DNA of 63,230 bases, the filler included, from Octopus bimaculoides (lineage: Eukaryota), in NCBI RefSeq assembly GCF_001194135.2. It is 6 parts of 6 records of this genome, joined end to end, with 100 filler letters (N's around TTAATTAATTAA, not from the genome) between each part and the next. Parts side by side here need not be neighbours in the genome. Positions count along the whole stretch, not along the records: positions 60,511 to 63,230 come from NW_026312703.1; 5 more parts are not named here. One strand, written 5' to 3'. How positions within the stretch are numbered: position 1 is the first letter of the stretch; every line of letters starts with the position of its first letter. Positions 60,411 through 63,230 of the stretch are shown piece by piece. The translations under genes and the position numbers were made by a program. The notes beneath the pieces are model-generated. The model saw only the letters and a program-made list of their open reading frames with translations, had not been told where the DNA came from and did no database searches.

Positions 60411-61077
60411 NNNNNNNNNNNNNNNNNNNNNNNNNNNNNNNNNNNNNNNNNNNNTTAATTAATTAANNNNNNNNNNNNNNNNNNNNNNNNNNNNNNNNNN
60501 NNNNNNNNNNATATATATATATATATGTATAATATATATATATATATATATATGTATATACATGCATACGCACACACATATATATATAAATATATTCTGA
60601 CACACATACATTAAGCCACATGCATACACATCCAGATTCCTAGATATTTACGCACACACTCACACAATCAAACACACACACAAGCATCATCTGCTGTAAC
60701 ACCTGTTCAGTGATGTGTGTATGAATGGAGGGAAGATTTCATGGTTGGCTGAGCGCCATAAAACTTGTCATAGTGTTAGGCAGAGAGTGTAGTTGTTATG
60801 TGATGGTGGTGGTGGTGGTGATGGTGTCGGAGGGGAGTAGATGTCATGTGATGTGATGTGAACTTGGTGAGACAACCTTATTGCTGTTGTGGACATAGTT
60901 TACTTGGTGGTGGGCATGTTGATTTCAATTTGACTGTCTCTGTACATCTAGATATGAATCGGGAGTTGAAATGTGTATGTGTGTATGTATGTATATTGTA
61001 TGAGTGTATGTGTGTTTGTGTCTTTCTCTCTCTCTCCCCATCTTTCATCTCATCTTTCTGTCGACATATAATGTAGA

Positions 61078-61111
<34 letters not shown>

Positions 61112-62759
61112 CATACACACATACATACATACATACATACATGTATATATATATATATGTGTATGCATATATATATATATNNNNNNNNNNNNNNNNNNNN
61201 NNNNNNNNNNNNNNNNNNNNNNNNNNNNNNNNNNNNNNNNNNNNNNNNNNNNNNNNNNNNNNNNNNNNNNNNNNNNNNNNNNNNNNNNNNNNNNNNNNNN
61301 NNNNNNNNNNNNNNNNNNNNNNNNNNNNNNNNNNNNNNNNNNNNNNNNNNNNNNNNNNNNNNNNNNNNNNNNNNNNNNNNNNNNNNNNNNNNNNNNNNNN
61401 NNNNNNNNNNNNNNNNNNNNNNNNNNNNNNNNNNNNNNNNNNNNNNNNNNNNNNNNNNNNNNNNNNNNNNNNNNNNNNNNNNNNNNNNNNNNNNNNNNNN
61501 NNNNNNNNNNNNNNNNNNNNNNNNNNNNNNNNNNNNNNNNNNNNNNNNNNNNNNNNNNNNNNNNNNNNNNNNNNNNNNNNNNNNNNNNNNNNNNNNNNNN
61601 NNNNNNNNNNNNNNNNNNNNNNNNNNNNNNNNNNNNNNNNNNNNNNNNNNNNNNNNNNNNNNNNNNNNNNNNNNNNNNNNNNNNNNNNNNNNNNNNNNNN
61701 NNNNNNNNNNNNNNNNNTATATATGTACACACATATACATACATATATTAATACTTGTGTGTGTGTGTGTGTGTACATATCCAAAATACACTTCCTGGCT
61801 GTTAAAACCAAAATCCTATTTAAAACAATTACTGCTACTCAAAACAGACATCTGTCTAAAAGTCTAGCACCATCATGAAAACAGACAAGAAAATAATATA
61901 AAGCATTATGAAAACAGAAGCAAAATGAATGTACCACTTTGATAAAGACAGACAACATGTATATCATCTGCACATGCAACCTCCTACATCACTCTTAAGG
62001 ACCATATATTCCTGATTTACTTTCCAATTCTTAGGTCCAGGCATATTAAGCACTCTACATGTAAGATTTGATGGCAGTTTCTTCATGACTGAAGATCATG
62101 AGGAAGTGTGGCATGGCCTCGAGTGGTGTAATCCAGTCCTTAATGCAACAGAGATATTACTTTCTCCTGTTCTTAGTAGTTTTAATCCTTCAATATTTAA
62201 ACTGGTCGTATCTGGCCCAAATATTCTACCTGTTGTTGTTGTTTAGGGCCTGGTTAGTCCTGATCCAGCAGACCTATGATCAAAGATGTTCCAGCCGTGA
62301 CCATCCTATCTTTTTATTCAGACTAAATGTATCTTGGACTACATGATCTAATGTATACTGTAGTAGTTAATATTAGTGGCTAGACTTGTTGTTGTTGTTA
62401 TTGTTGTTGTTGTATAGGGCCTGGTTAGTGGCTAGATTTATTGTTATTGTTGTTGTTGTTGTTTAGCCTCTAGCGATGGAGTGCCAACAACAACAACAGT
62501 CCTGATCCAGTAGAGCAATGAATCATTGGTCTACGGATCAGCAGTGACTGGGTTCTCAACCAGGGTGCATGTAAGATCTCTTTTGCTAAAATTTATCTGC
62601 AGTCAATTAGTATTACATCTACAATACACAAAATATTTGAACAATTTCTAAATGCAATCCCTGAAAAAATTTGATTATAAAAATATAAATATTACTGAAA
62701 TGTAATGCTTGTTGCCACTTCACCATGGCTGTTCCATGGAAATGCTTATAGAAAACATA

Positions 62760-62901
62760 CAGTCGTGGACAAAAGTTTGAAACAGAGGTTTGGAAATTAG
62801 ACTTTTTATATTATTGATTGTTATATTAAATATTTGAATTGAATTGTACTTGGACATAATTTTAATTTTAAAAATATGTTCCAAAATTTTGGCCACAACT
62901 G
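62760..62901. mobile_element. Tc1-type MITE (142 bp)
   Basis: TIRs CAGTCGTGGACAAAAGTTTG / CAAAATTTTGGCCACAACTG, with TA on both sides. Confidence 0.75.
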
Positions 62902-63230
62902 TATGAGGAAGATGTGTTTCAAAGATTAGCTAAAGACTCCAACCCTATCGTTTTTTTCATATAATTTTGTCCCAAACAAGGCTTGAGGCCATTATAGCGA
63001 AGAGGACTACAAAAAGGGAAAATAAAGGACATATAAATTCAAAAGATGTTAATTGAGAGAAAATTTAACGGAATGAATATCATAGAGCTGAAGAAAAGAA
63101 GATGATGGTAGGTGAGTTCCAAGGAACAGATAATCTCAAAGACATAATCGAAAATTCAAAAGGAAACTCAAACAGCAAATGTAAATTTTGAAAAATTTGA
63201 AAATACAGAATTTTAATCGAAAAGATTGCA

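Overview
This is a 63-kb AT-rich animal genomic window from a gapped draft assembly, dense in microsatellites and transposons. The SINE families resemble those I recall from octopus, so a coleoid cephalopod origin is inferred, not proven. I found no rRNA, true tRNA, CRISPR or prokaryotic features, and most ORF-track entries are microsatellite or N-gap artefacts. Host coding signal is on the + strand: a large spliceable exon (14708-15476) encoding a Tyr-motif-rich acidic region, two in-frame exons of a MADF-BESS (Adf-1-like) DNA-binding protein (43961-44145, 46193-46678), and a candidate 90-nt exon (2464-2553). The mobile elements include several SINE families, Penelope-like RT/GIY-YIG relics, R4/Dong-like, L1/Tx1-like and RTE-like LINE ends, mariner, DD41D Tc1/mariner, MULE and Merlin transposase relics, and several MITEs. 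Five observations stand out. (1) A single in-frame TGA separates a transmembrane-like segment from the Tyr-motif tail. (2) There are minimal type I hammerhead-ribozyme-like relics. (3) A 139-bp-arm near-perfect hairpin lies at 1639-1938. (4) Foldback elements with inverted telomere-like cores sit next to a Merlin transposase and its deletion derivative. (5) A DD41D transposase relic has all three catalytic Asp substituted.
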